Shown: positions 49,611 to 63,589, counted from the whole stretch's first letter. The stretch: DNA of 63,834 nucleotides, filler included, from Octopus bimaculoides (GCF_001194135.2; 4 parts of 4 records of this genome joined end to end with filler, not necessarily neighbours in it), one strand, 5' to 3'. Numbers and translations are program-made. Notes: generated by a model from the letters alone, not told the origin.

Positions 49611-51158
49611 AATATATATATGTAGCAATAATGAATCCATTTAATATGCATATACGTATATATGTGCGTAATATGTGTGTATATATAGTGCATTCTCTGA
49701 ACTAGGCGGAGCAGGAGGATACATGTGGATGGAAAGGGTCGGTGATGAGGTAACAAATGTGTGGCGAAAATTTTCCAGACAACGGATATAAGATGAAATC
49801 AGAACAATAATAAACCAGTGAAGAACGAATATATGGTGTGTGTATTTATTTGGCCAAAAACAAATGACCATCGCGAAATACAACAATTTACACCCACCCA
49901 CACATACACACACATACACATACACACACCTACATACACGTAATGTATTCATTATTGAAGCTGTTTTCCAAATATGAAATGCGTACTAATATTTCACATT
50001 CTACTAAAACCCATAATATGTGCCAGCAGTGTATATACACTCAAAAGTCATTTCATGAAAAGCATTAAGAACATGTAAATTGATATTAATTTATTTATAT
50101 ACAAAGTAAAAGAGTAAAGGAATAGAAGCAGCACGAGAAGAGAATATTACTGGAAAGAGTTTGAGCTCACTAGGCCAGATATTGAATATGTAAGAAAATT
50201 TAATGCACGTATTAAACAAAATTATAAGTATATATANNNNNNNNNNNNNNNNNNNNNNNNNNNNNNNNNNNNNNNNNNNNNNNNNNNNNNNNNNNNNNNN
50301 NNNNNNNNNNNNNNNNNNNNNNNNNNNNNNNNNNNNNNNNNNNNNNNNNNNNNNNNNNNNNNNNNNNNNNNNNNNNNNNNNNNNNNNNNNNNNNNNNNNN
50401 NNNNNNNNNNNNNNNNNNNNNNNNNNNNNNNNNNNNNNNNNNNNNNNNNNNNNNNNNNNNNNNNNNNNNNNNNNNNNNNNNNNNNNNNNNNNNNNNNNNN
50501 NNNNNNNNNNNNNNNNNNNNNNNNNNNNNNNNNNNNNNNNNNNNNNNNNNNNNNNNNNNNNNNNNNNNNNNNNNNNNNNNNNNNNNNNNNNNNNNNNNNN
50601 NNNNNNNNNNNNNNNNNNNNNNNNNNNNNNNNNNNNNNNNNNNNNNNNNNNNNNNNNNNNNNNNNNNNNNNNNNNNNNNNNNNNNNNNNNNNNNNNNNNN
50701 NNNNNNNNNNNNNNNNNNNNNNNNNNNNNNNNNNNNNNNNNNNNNNNNNNNNNNNNNNNNNNNNNNNNNNNNNNNNNNNNNNNNNNNNNNNNNNNNNNNN
50801 NNNNNNNNNNNNNNNNNNNNNNNNNNNNNNNNNNNNNNNNNNNNNNNNNNNNNNNNNNNNNNNNNNNNNNNNNNNNNNNNNNNNNNNNNNNNNNNNNNNN
50901 NNNNNNNNNNNNNNNNNNNNNNNNNNNNNNNNNNNNNNNNNNNNNNNNNNNNNNNNNNNNNNNNNNNNNNNNNNNNNNNNNNNNNNNNNNNNNNNNNNNN
51001 NNNNNNNNNNNNNNNNNNNNNNNNNNNNNNNNNNNNNNNNNNNNNNNNNNNNNNNNNNNNNNNNNNNNNNNNNNNNNNNNNNNNNNNNNNNNNNNNNNNN
51101 NNNNNNNNNNNNNNNNNNNNNNNNNNNNNNNNNNNNNNNNNNNNNNNNNNNNNNNNNN

Positions 51159-51190
<32 letters not shown>

Positions 51191-51201
51191 CCATATATAT
51201 A

Positions 51202-51242
<41 letters not shown>

Positions 51243-51847
51243 TTATAGACACACACACACACAAGTTTAGTAGTTTAGTCATCTCGTCTTTGCAGTGACA
51301 CTGCTTGTAATGGATTCTCGATTTATCTCCCTTACACTGAGTAAGAATGATATTTGAAACCAACACAGGAAGATTATGGTCTGAGTATCGATATAAGAAA
51401 CCGTTGTCCTTGTTCCTGCTGTTGTATCCGTTCAGCATTTCCCACGCAAAATTGAAAGAGCGTTCTAGTTGAGACCATCACGTCATTTATACAGGCATGC
51501 ATTGTTTCTGTGTGTGCCTTATCGAAACATTCCCGCACACACACATACCTTTTCTTCCTTCCTTCCTTCCTTCCTTCCTTCATTAATTCCTTCCTTCCTT
51601 CCCTCCCTCCCTTCCTTCCTTCCTTTCTTTCTTTCTAAGTACACACACATATTTATGAGTAAGTAGACAAACTGTTTTGATCCATATATATATATATATA
51701 TATATGATATATATGTATTATATGTATATATTTAAATATTATATGTGTGTGTGTGTATACACCCATCCACACACATGTATATAGTGTATATGTATATATA
51801 CATATATACAATAATAAATATACATGTGTCTGTATGTGTGTGTGTAT

Positions 51848-51902
<55 letters not shown>

Positions 51903-52528
51903 ATATATAAATATATACATATAATATATATATTATATATATATATATATATTATATATATATATAAAGCATATATATAATATGAATAATATATTATATA
52001 TATATATGCACAAATACATACACGTATTCACACATACACGTATGTGTCTATGTGTGTGTGTATTGTGTGCCTCTCCGTGTGTACGTGTGTGTGTATGTGT
52101 GTATGTTTGTGTGTGTTTACATGTGTCAAAACATGTTAGATACAATTAATATATATTATGTAAACATTAGTGGTATTAAGATGTTTCAACATTTCTATAT
52201 TTTATGAATTGGTTTATTTTATTTTATCTTTTCAGCTTTTAGACATAGGCCATGCTGGGGCACCACCTTGAAACAATTTTCAATGGAATGAATTGACCCC
52301 CCAGCTCTACCTATTTTTATTTTCATTCTGATATTTTTACTGCCGAACAACTTGGTTACAGGACGTAAATTCACCAACTTCGGTTGTGAAGCGGTAGTGG
52401 GGAACAAGCACAGACACGAACAAGCACATACACACATACACATACAGACACACACACACACACACACACACATGCACACGCACATGCATTACATACATAC
52501 ATACACACATATATATATATGTGTTTCC

Positions 52529-52563
<35 letters not shown>

Positions 52564-52646
52564 NNNNNNNNNNATCTATCTATCTATCTATCTGTGCACG
52601 TGTGTGTATGTTTGTTTGTCTATCTATGTGTCTACCCGCCTGTCTG

Positions 52647-52721
<75 letters not shown>

Positions 52722-52876
52722 NNNNNNNNNNNNNNNNNNNNNNNNNNNNNNNNNNNNNNNNNNNNNNNNNNNNNNNNNNNNNNNNNNNNNNNNNNNNNNN
52801 NNNNNNNNNNNNNNNNNNNNNNNNNNNNNNNNNNNNNNNNNNNNNNNNNNNNNNNNNNNNNNNNNNNNNNNNNNNN

Positions 52877-52913
<37 letters not shown>

Positions 52914-52914
52914 C

Positions 52915-53375
52915 ATCGCTCAGTTTGATATTTCCTGTACCTGGATTGCAAACGCATACCCTTCAAAGTGAGAGGTAGTAATCCGGCTATTGGTCTATGA
53001 TAAACTGCTTTGGTGATCGGTGTTACTATCATCACGGAGCTTTCTACTAACATATCCATGCAGAGTCTTCTGCTCAAATAGGATCATCCTTTCATCTGGT
53101 GATACGTTGCGGCAAAGTTGTGCAACTTCTTTGGGCATGTATTCTAGGTTATCAGACAAAGAGTGTTGCTCAAGGAGCTGCCTTCCAAGTCTTATGATGT
53201 TATCAGCCTCATGTATGCAAACTTGGTCAAGGGATGCACTTCGACACTTGGTGGTTAAAAGATGTTGCTGAAGGGATGTCATACGACATTCAAAGGCATC
53301 TTGGATTGATGTTAAGCCTCTTGACACCTTGTTTTCATTTTAGGTGGAGGCAGTCTCCGTCACTGTCTATGTGGA
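52915..53375 (-). mobile_element. R4/Dong-like non-LTR retrotransposon fragment (post-RT region)
   Basis: HIDSDGDCLHLK.KQG.RGLTSIQDAF...QKTLHGY...SSLS.T...TSHFEGYAFAIQ.QEI. Confidence 0.75.
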
Positions 53376-54071
53376 AATTATGTGTGCTTGTTAGTATTTT
53401 TCGGGTTTTCACATCAATCGCTCAGATCTCATCAAGCGTCCAATCCAGTGGCCTTCTTTCAGTTTCCGTCTATCAAATCCACTGAGAAGGCTATGGTCGG
53501 CCCTGGACTACAGTGGAAGACATATGCCAAAGTGTCATGTGTGGTACTGAATCCAGAACCACGTGGTTGTGATCGACATTAATATACTTATTGCTAATCA
53601 TTTTTTTGTTTATATCATGTTTCTTAAAATGCAGTTCTTCCTTCAGTTTCCCATGGATAAACGTGACACGATTGCCATTCCGATTTCTTAAAAGTCAATT
53701 GGTCCGATAATTTGTTGAATATTACTAAACATTGATTTGGTTCGCCGCCTCGATGCCATCAGAGTATGTGATATACATGTTTCTCATTTATAGTATTTTA
53801 AAATTTTGTGCAAAATATTTTCGATAAATTCAATAGATTGTGTTGCAAACTTTGAGTGAGATGGAGTTTTTCATTCGTAGGATATGTGTATGTGTGTACG
53901 CATGTATGTGTGGATGTACATATGTATATATACATGTGTGCGCGCGTGTGTTTGTGTGTATGTGTGTGTGTGTGTGTGCGTGTGCGTGTGTGAGTGTGCG
54001 CGCGCGTTAAATAAAATGAAACAACATAGCCAAAGCTGTGTGGAATTTTCAGGACATTTATAAAGAGAAGG

Positions 54072-54124
54072 TTAGCGTTACAGATGTTTCTGGGATATTA
54101 AAGGCATCCATTCATCAGAAACAA
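54072..54124 (-). ncRNA. Inverted, partly decayed copy of the 54433 hammerhead
   Basis: Minus strand reads CTGATGA-A-TGGATGCCTTTAATATCCC-A-GAAA-CATCTG-TA. The palindrome and helix II are damaged. Confidence 0.55.
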
Positions 54125-54432
54125 TGAAGAGTGTGAAGACATAGATTCCATGTGTTTTTCATTCCATGTCTAGAATGAACAGCCCATGGTATCCTCGTCT
54201 CCACACTTTCCATTTGTAATGGAATCGGAATTTACATAGAATGGACAAGATGCATTTTTACCATTTCTACACACCAGTTTCCTTGGATAATGGAACTACA
54301 ACTTTTACATCCTATATATATTTTTCTTTTTACTTTTATTCTCTTATTTCCCTTTATACTTCTTATTTCCATCCTTTTCCAAAATAACTCCTTATATTGA
54401 ACTCTACTATTTCTCTTTATGTGATCATCTCA

Positions 54433-54489
54433 AGTCGTCTCTGATGAAGGGATATCCCTAATATCCTAGAAACAGCTGTAAGACTAACT
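54433..54489 (+). ncRNA. Type I hammerhead ribozyme motif
   Basis: GTCT-CTGATGA-A-GGGATAT/CCCTA/ATATCCT-A-GAAA-CAGCTG-TA-AGAC has the palindrome ACAGCTGT and a GUA triplet (54478-54480). An unpaired A lies on each side of helix II. Confidence 0.7.
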
Positions 54490-54707
54490 TTCTCTTTATA
54501 AATGTCCTGAATTCCACAAAGCCTTGGGTTTGTTGTCTCATTTTATTTAACATACACTTGCTCATAAAAGACCTGCACTAGACTCCTCACTCGTATCATT
54601 ATCAAACCGAGATTTTAACTGCGGTCTTTCCATGGCACTTACATAGTCTTACCTGCCATCTAGAGTCTTCTGGATACCAATACTTCTCATATATATATAT
54701 ATATATA

Positions 54708-54799
<92 letters not shown>

Positions 54800-55265
54800 T
54801 TGGTTAAAACACTTGTAGGATGCTATGCATAGCTCGTCCACTGTTATTGGCTACCGGATGTCACCATACAATGGAAATACTCCTATATCCTATACTGGAT
54901 ATACATACATCAGGAATTCCATCGTATCCATAGTCTTTATATAAATAGATAAGTAACTGAAAACGAATTGAACGACGTTCTTTAGTTCTTTAAAATCAAT
55001 ACAGTCGTTTCGTTACACTTTTGCACTCGTTCTACAAAGTACATAAGTGAAATGATAGTGATTAACATATTATTTAATCACTAACATTCATAAAAAGTTT
55101 AAGGTACACTCTTAATGGATAATAATGTCTCACGACATATATTCGTATACATACTTACATACACATATACATATATATTTGTATTTATAGATCTCTACCA
55201 AATATTTGGTAAAAATATTGTACCTTTTATATATACATACATATATATATATATACATATATATG

Positions 55266-55361
<96 letters not shown>

Positions 55362-55834
55362 TACATCCACACCTGCACACACGAATACACACACATGCAC
55401 ATATAGTTTCAGTATTTATTGAACGCTTTGTCATTCAGGTTGATGTTGGTTAGGTTTTTGTCGGCCCACCAGCCTACAAACGATTGATAAATTTCTAGTC
55501 TTCTTCCCAGTAAATTAAATCGAATACATAGCAAAGAAACAAATAGATAAACAAATAAATATAGTTTATTATTAGAACATCTAGAATATCAATACCTGTT
55601 ATTAAGTTCCAGGCGTTTTGTTCAGTGTCATGTACTACTAATATAATACATCTATAACATTACGTCTTTCCTATTTGATTTATACTGTATCCATCCTCTT
55701 GGCGTATTCCCGTTCATTTATTCTAAAAATATACTCGGATACAACTCTATTCTCGTTCATTTTCCTTTAGAGAAAACTTTTATAACAACAATTTTATTTT
55801 TAGATAATTCCTAAAATCTAAGATGCCTTTTGGT

Positions 55835-55899
<65 letters not shown>

Positions 55900-55945
55900 C
55901 ATTATTATTATTATCATTATTATTGTTGTTGTTGTTGTCGTCGTC

Positions 55946-57205
55946 TTTACACTGAATCATAAAGTCCTACATGATCTTTGCATTATCATTTTCGATGATG
56001 CCTTCTGGTTTATATTCGTACCACTTTTTTGCTCTCTCAAGTCCATACTTGTTGCAAAGTGTCTAATGGACAATCCTTGTTATATTGTCATGACGTCTCT
56101 TATACTCTTTCTGGGCTTGTGGCGTACATTAACTGGTAATATGTCATACGGTTTCACCATTTTGTCCACGAAATCTGTACTTATCACTTTCTGATGTGTT
56201 GTCTATTTTGTATTTGATGTAATTCGTTCTTAATGCTTGCTCTTGGGCAGCACAGATTAGAGCCTCCGTTTCCGGTTTTAAATTCACATTTAGTCATCCA
56301 TGGCCATCTTTTTTCTCTATCTGTCTTATATTCAACATCCCTATGAAATTGTCCATGCATTCTTTTCTTTATCCACCTATTTTCAGTTCCATTCATTCTC
56401 AACTCCTTGTACAGTGCTTTATCTTTACAATCTTACATCCTACACAAGCCCGACCTTCATACTTCTAGTAATAGTGGTTCTGTGGCATTTTTACATACCA
56501 TGCTATGTTGTTTCCTTCTGCTCTAATGCTGTGTTTGCATCCAACCAGTACTCTTCCTCCTCTTTTTCTTGGTAAATACAGCCTGTTTGTGTCACTTTTT
56601 GGGTGGAGTATCTAGTCAGCAACTTCCTTTTCTTTCTGTCTAAGCTGTTTATCTCGTTTACTGTGCATGCGATTACCCCTGCTCCATATCTAAGGAGTGA
56701 AACTGCCCAGGTGTTGATAGCTTCAATCTTATTCCGTCCGTTTAATTTCGACTTAAATTTCAGTCTCAGTCTGCGCAAATAGTCCACCCTAAATTTTTCT
56801 GTCATTTCTTTCTCCATCAATTTATCCATTTCCAAAATCCTGCTTTATAACCTCCCCCGACAGTATCGCTTGCCCGTCCATACATTTGATTTTGCCTCTC
56901 TTCAAGACTAACACACCACACTTTTTCAGTCCGAACTCCATTGTGATATCAGCACTAAAGGTATACACCGTATCAACAAGGGAACTAACTTGGCATTCAT
57001 CTTTACCATAAAGTTTGAGGTCATCCATGAATAACAAATGGTTGACATCTTGTTGGCAGCTTTTGAATACATACCCAGCCTTTGCTTTCCTGAGAATCAA
57101 TGTTAGTGGCATCATGCACAGTACAAAGATCTGTGGGGACAGGCAGTCCCCTTGGAAGATGTCTCTCCTGCTTTCTATTGTCCCTAAAATACTTCCATAT
57201 GCTGT

Positions 57206-57208
<3 letters not shown>
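55946..57208 (-). mobile_element. R4/Dong-like non-LTR retrotransposon fragment: RT domains 4-7, thumb and zinc-knuckle region
   Basis: IFQGDCLSP, NHLLFMDDLKLY, MEFGLKKC, SKLNGRNKIEAINTWAVSLLRYGAG, MHGQFHR, EALICAAQEQALRTNY, EYKRRHDN and DFMIQC motifs, with frameshifts. Confidence 0.92.
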
Positions 57209-57236
<28 letters not shown>

Positions 57237-57242
57237 ATTATT

Positions 57243-57283
<41 letters not shown>

Positions 57284-57315
57284 TATTATTATTATTATTA
57301 TTATTGTTATTATCG

Positions 57316-57353
<38 letters not shown>

Positions 57354-57354
57354 G

Positions 57355-57570
57355 TTCAGTAGTTTTATTTTTATAACGTGCTTTCACTTCACTACCGAGC
57401 GCAGCTCTGTGCGCCTTGGGTATGTGCTGTGGTTTGCTGTGATGCTCTTATGGTTACTGTATTGAAAGTGTTTTGCGTAGGATGTGTGCAGTGCCCAGTA
57501 GTGCAATTTTCTGTATGTTATATATATTTGTAAGTCCTGGTGTTTTTGTTATGTATTTGTCTGAATATTA
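57355..57570 (-). mobile_element. 3' end of an RLE-type (R4/Dong-like) element with an (AAT)n tail
   Basis: ...NIYNIQKIALLGTAHILRKTLSIQ*, then a short 3' UTR running into the trinucleotide tract at 57210-57350. Confidence 0.8.
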
Positions 57571-57619
57571 TCATTATTATTATTATTATCATCATCATCA
57601 TCATCATCATCATGAATAT

Positions 57620-58132
57620 TTTTTCTTTCTATATCTGGTTTTGTTGGAGTTCCTGGAGTCTTGCATGCGTAGCAGGCTAGCTGACTGCAGCCTACGCTAC
57701 TACGCTATCTGTGCTTTTCAACAATCTAATACATTCCTGATTATTCTGGTCGTGCTATGGAGGCAAATCTTTTGTAACATTTCTACTGGGCACTCTATTC
57801 CGATTTCCTTTATATTCCTCTTGATGTCATCTTATACTGTTCCAAGGATACAACAATAATTGGAACTATCTTCACCTTCTTTATTTTCCATAGTCGGGCT
57901 ATTTCGTACTTAAGAGGGTTGTATCTCTCTATCTTTCGCTTAACTTCTTGAATATTCGTAGGTCAAAGGGACATGCAACATCAACTATATAGCACATATG
58001 ATGCATCTTGTCGACGACCACTAGGTCCGATTTTTATGCTCCAGCACATGATCAGTTTGGATTGGGAAATCCCAGAGGATTTTGCATGTTTCCAACTTCG
58101 CCACTCTCTGCGGTTTGTTCGTTACCACGCAT

Positions 58133-58135
<3 letters not shown>
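57620..58135 (-). mobile_element. RLE domain and 3' UTR of another R4/Dong-like element
   Basis: KILWDFPIQTDHVLEH, DVACPFD, ERYNPLKYEIARLW..KKVKIVPII and LQKICL...RIIRNVLD. The 3' UTR has a stem-loop, and (CAT)n tracts lie on both sides. Confidence 0.85.
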
Positions 58136-58182
<47 letters not shown>

Positions 58183-58183
58183 T

Positions 58184-58313
<130 letters not shown>

Positions 58314-58406
58314 TAAGGCAGCGGGCTGGCAGAGTCGTCTGCGCGCACGTAGATACATGCACACGCGTGCGTATACGCATACACCCCCCCCCCCACAGAT
58401 ATGTAG

Positions 58407-58628
58407 TCTTTTATTCTTTTACTTGTTTCAGTAATTTGACTGCGCCTATGCTGAACACCGCCTTTAGTCGAACAAATGGACCCCAGGACTTATTCATTGT
58501 AAGCCTAGTACTTATTCTATCAGTGTCTTTTGCGAACGGCTAAGTTACGAAGACGAAAACACACCAACATCGGCTGTCGAGTGATGGGGTGGGGGCAAAC
58601 ACAAACACACATACATACATGCATACGT

Positions 58629-58672
<44 letters not shown>

Positions 58673-58854
58673 GACGGGCATCTTTCAGGTTCCATCCACT
58701 CACAATGCTTTGGTCTGTCCGAGGCTACAGTAGGAGACACTTGCCCAAGGTGCCACGCAGTGAGACTGAACACAGAACCATGTGGTTAGGAAGCAAGTTT
58801 CTTACCAGACAACTACTTCTGCGCCCATTCTTACCACCAGCCACTCCTGCGCCT
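58407..58854 (-). mobile_element. SINE family A with a partly duplicated head
   Basis: Reverse match to 19378-19773; the CTTACC...CTGCGCC head segment occurs twice. Confidence 0.85.
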
Positions 58855-59759
58855 AAGTATGTACACATACAGACAGGTTTGTGTGTTTGAGTTGGCGATT
58901 GTCACGTCCCACCCCACTCATTGCTTGACAACTTGTGTTAGTTTGTTTATGTCCCAGCAACCTAGTGATTCAGTAAAAGGGACCGATGAAATAAGTATCA
59001 GTTTTAAACAATTAGTACAGGGGTCTATTTTGTTTGACCTAGACCCTTCAAGGTAGTGCTCCAGCATGGTCTTCTGAAACAATAAATAAAAATATAATTG
59101 TCATTCTAACATACTGTAGCGAGCAAAAAAGAAAAAAAAAAGGGAAAAAACTTCCAATTATTTAAAATTACAAGCGTAGGGGAGAGAGAAAATAATTAAC
59201 GTTTCAATAGTTAACTCTGTACAGCAATGGCGGGGAAAACATTTAAGACCTGTTTAAATTTGTTTAATGCGTTCTTCTGAGTATCATTAAGATAATATCA
59301 CATTATGGTAAGGTGATAAGGCTTTATTATCGAGGATAGTGTCATGATATCATGATGTCAGTATCACACAGTGCCAGTTTTAAAGGCAGGTACTGTGTGT
59401 GTGTGTATGTGTGTTTAAACATAAACGTACACACGTACAGACAAACAGACAGACAGGCATATGCACAAACACACATACACACACATCATTCCTCTACGCT
59501 TCGAGTTCAGATGCCACTTGAGACATTTCGGTGATAAAATGAGTACCTGTAAAGGAGAGGAATGATAAATATTCTGCTGCACTAACCAAGTTAAATTTTT
59601 TGTCATCCATTTCTGATTTCCCGTTTCCAAGTGCATAATCAGAGAACTATTTAGTCTAGTTAACTAGTTAGCCTTCATCTACCATCCAGGTAGTACGCAA
59701 CATGCCAGTGGCTCCTATTGCTCTCTAGCCTTTCTCAGCAAATGGTAGTTGTATATATT

Positions 59760-59870
59760 AATGAGAACTTGTCGAGAGAGGGAAACGCTGTCTGTAAAAC
59801 ATCTAAAAGTGTCCGTCACGCAACTATCTTCACCGTAGCTCCCTGCCACCCCCAGAGTCAGGGTGGCAGG
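59760..59870 (+). mobile_element. Possible decayed LTR-retrotransposon integrase remnant
   Basis: VRHATIFTVAPCHPQSQG resembles the integrase motif I.H..T.PYHPQS.G. The match is short and degenerate. Confidence 0.3.
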
Positions 59871-61652
59871 TTGATTTTTATAATTGACTTGGCTCGTAGC
59901 TAAGTCAGTGTGAATGTTGAAGTTCAATATGACCGCACACATTGCCGACATATGGAGTGAGAACGAATGTGTGCACGGCGGTTTCGTCGTTCTGTAAGAT
60001 ATTTAAATATTTTCGGCTACAGGTTTTTCTGTGTCTGTAGGTTAACGCCCCTTAATTCCTTGTAAAGCCAATGACTTTTAGAAACTGTCCGCAGTCCTTA
60101 ATCTTAAAATTCCTTCAGGAGTGTCTGCTCACACTGTCCCCATCGTCATCTAAAATCCTCCCAAGGTCATAGTAACTCATACACTCCAATAACTATCTAT
60201 AGAAAGTTAAAGTTGACTTTACACAGACCACGTTATTTTGCTGGTTCATTCCTAGGAAGGAGTGACGATATTTTTTATGCAAAGCACATCACCTTCGTTT
60301 ACACTTTACTCAATTTGATCAGAGAAACGGAGAGAGAAAATTTGTGCCGCGCGTACGACAACCATATCTGTACGAGCCTGTAAGTTTTCATTATTTATGA
60401 TAAACATTTCCAATGTTTTTCAACCACCAGTGTAAATTGGAAATTATGAAAGGAAAGCTTTATATCACTCTGAGCATGAAACAAAAGCTAACTATAAGTG
60501 TACGAAACAAGACTGGATGTTTGGGACAAACTTTTCAAAATGCTTTAGAGAGGCAAACGGTGAGATACAACTTCCAGGTCTTTCATGCTTATTTTATCAT
60601 CAATGATAATGAATGAATGGAATAGCTTTATAGACCCTGGATGGCCTAGTTTAGTCACTCTGAGTTAATATGGGGCGGAAATTACTTATTACTTGACCTG
60701 ACAGAAATATAGAAATAACAAGTAAATTTTCCTCAAACAACACCCAGCCATAAGATCCACTGTCACGGCTTTGGTTGACTCAGAGCCCGAGGAATGAATG
60801 TAGATGGATACTGTGATCACAAAGGTCGTAAGAGTGCGTGTTGAAAACTGATCAGACGTTATATTAAGCCACAAAATGGTGGTCTGGCGGTAACAAACCA
60901 CAGTGATTTAGATGTTAACTTCTTCTGATCGATATCTCGGAGATTCTTCTTAGTCTACTCTAATCTCGACTTCTTTTCCGATCATCTCCACTGAGAGGTC
61001 TAGTTCAAATAAAACTCCGAGTAACTTAAGCGGGCTTCACTCTAGTAAAAGAAGATATCACTGACTGCAACATAGACTCTAATCTCCTGGTTTCGTTTTG
61101 CAATCTCATTAATATTTTCAATTTGAGGAATTATACCGTGCCTCTCTCGGGATAGCACCGACCGGCCACTCCGATTTCCGCACTCGGCCCCGCATGTGCT
61201 TTCAACTTTTCAGTGTTCTAAGTTTGTGCAGAATGACTGTTAAATCCTCCAACTTCCGCCACAATACCCTCGGTATCTAAACATAAAAGGGAGATGTGGT
61301 TGGTATCCTTGATGGACTAATAATCAATGGAAAAACTTTTGCAGTAGATATCCGTTTTGTTGGCAAGTCGGGAGTGACGCGTTCAACTTCCAGTAACTGA
61401 GTCCCTGCCTACTCAACTTTATCACACCAGCACACATTAAAGTCATCCAAACATCACAAAACACATGTAACACAATAAAACTTAAATATCCTGAAGTTGT
61501 AAAGGTTTTCATGGGAAATATCAACAAAAAAAAACTATATAAAGAACTGCTAATGGCAACATCCATCCCGACCCCGCCAACAAAATCACTGTAACATTTT
61601 CAGCACTTATTCTTTGCTTAGGACAGGCAAGAAAAACTTCTCTCTCACTCAC

Positions 61653-61777
<125 letters not shown>

Positions 61778-61797
61778 TTAACAACAACAACAACATC

Positions 61798-61833
<36 letters not shown>

Positions 61834-61933
61834 NNNNNNNNNNNNNNNNNNNNNNNNNNNNNNNNNNNNNNNNNNNNTTAATTAATTAANNNNNNNNNNN
61901 NNNNNNNNNNNNNNNNNNNNNNNNNNNNNNNNN

Positions 61934-61973
<40 letters not shown>

Positions 61974-62403
61974 CAGTTGTAGTGGTGGTGGTGGTGCTGC
62001 TGCTGCAGCTGCTGGTAGTGGTGGTGGTGGTGGTGGTTCTAATAGCAGCAGTCGTAGTAGTGGTAGTTGCAGCTGCAACAGCTACTATTTGTTTCAACCA
62101 TTTTTTTTTACCTATTGACCCTTTTCATTTCTGCTTAACTCCCCACCGATCCCCCATAGGCTTTCGATCTATGCAAAAAGAAAAATCCTACTGCATTTCT
62201 ATAATTGAATTTTGTTATATTGTTGTATTTAGGGAGGGTCATATTTTGCCAATTGAACACAGGCACTGTATATGCATACACATACACACTCACACATACA
62301 CTCACACACAAACACACACACACGTGCATACGCTCACGGGCACAAATGTGCACATGTGCATGGACGCGTACATACAAACATGCGTATGTGTGTACGTGCA
62401 CGA

Positions 62404-62458
<55 letters not shown>

Positions 62459-62673
62459 TATATAGAGAGAGAGAAAGAGAGAGGGAGAGTACTGGCGGTG
62501 CCCCAGCCTGGCCACAACCATATAAAAAATAAAAAGTAAAAGTATATATATAGGCGCAGGAGTGGCTGTGTGATAAGTAGCTTGCTTACCAACTACATGG
62601 TTCTGGGTTCAGTCCCAGTGCGTGGCACCCTGGGCAAGTGGATTTAGTAGACGGATACTGAAAGAAGCCCGTC

Positions 62674-62711
<38 letters not shown>

Positions 62712-63589
62712 NNNNNNNNNNNNNNNNNNNNNNNNNNNNNNNNNNNNNNNNNNNNNNNNNNNNNNNNNNNNNNNNNNNNNNNNNNNNNNNNNNNNNNNNN
62801 NNNNNNNNNNNNNNNNNNNNNNNNNNNNNNNNNNNNNNNNNNNNNNNNNNNNNNNNNNNNNNNNNNNNNNNNNNNNNNNNNNNNNNNNNNNNNNNNNNNN
62901 NNNNNNNNNNNNNNNNNNNNNNNNNNNNNNNNNNNNNNNNNNNNNNNNNNNNNNNNNNNNNNNNNNNNNNNNNNNNNNNNNNNNNNNNNNNNNNNNNNNN
63001 NNNNNNNNNNNNNNNNNNNNNNNNNNNNNNNNNNNNNNNNNNNNNNNNNNNNNNNNNNNNNNNNNNNNNNNNNNNNNNNNNNNNNNNNNNNNNNNNNNNN
63101 NNNNNNNNNNNNNNNNNNNNNNNNNNNNNNNNNNNNNNNNNNNNNNNNNNNNNNNNNNNNNNNNNNNNNNNNNNNNNNNNNNNNNNNNNNNNNNNNNNNN
63201 NNNNNNNNNNNNNNNNNNNNNNNNNNNNNNNNNNNNNNNNNNNNNNNNNNNNNNNNNNNNNNNNNNNNNNNNNNNNNNNNNNNNNNNNAGAGAGAGAGAG
63301 AGAGAGAGAAACGGTACGACGGGCTCCTTTCCGTTTCCACCTACCAAATCCAGTCACAAGGCTTTGGTCGGCCCGAGGCTATGGTAGAAGACACTTGCTG
63401 AAGGTACCACGCAGTGGGACTGAACCCGGAACCATGTGGTTGGGAAGTAAGTTTCTTACCACACAACCACGCCTGATGGGCTCTCCAGCTAAGTACGGCG
63501 TATGTGCGTTCAACTGACCTTCATAAATGGTTTGTTTATAGTGATCCATTTTTCGTGACGCACATTGGATCACTCCCTCCATGAAATCG

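Larger units (their letters stand above)
54007..54552. mobile_element. Inverted pair of hammerhead-bearing pseudo-LTR segments (54007-54125 minus, 54435-54552 plus)
   Basis: Arms of about 118 bp are roughly 85% identical by eye, point outward, and are separated by about 310 bp. Confidence 0.75.

Noticed and set aside
54648-54700. Strong minus-strand donor CAG|gtaaga with a short open frame ([12 protein letters not shown])
   Set aside because: It lies between a (TA)n tract and the pseudo-LTR, is probably part of the repeat, and has no acceptor.
60446-60616. KGKLYITLSMKQKL, resembling a pogo/CENP-B HTH start
   Set aside because: The similarity is too short and no TIR or downstream DDE remnant was found.
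60920-61640. Possible L1/Tx1-type LINE remnants (PLKLLGVLFELDL..) and similar faint readings at 44700-44900 and 16070-16200
   Set aside because: They are too degenerate to classify without a profile search.
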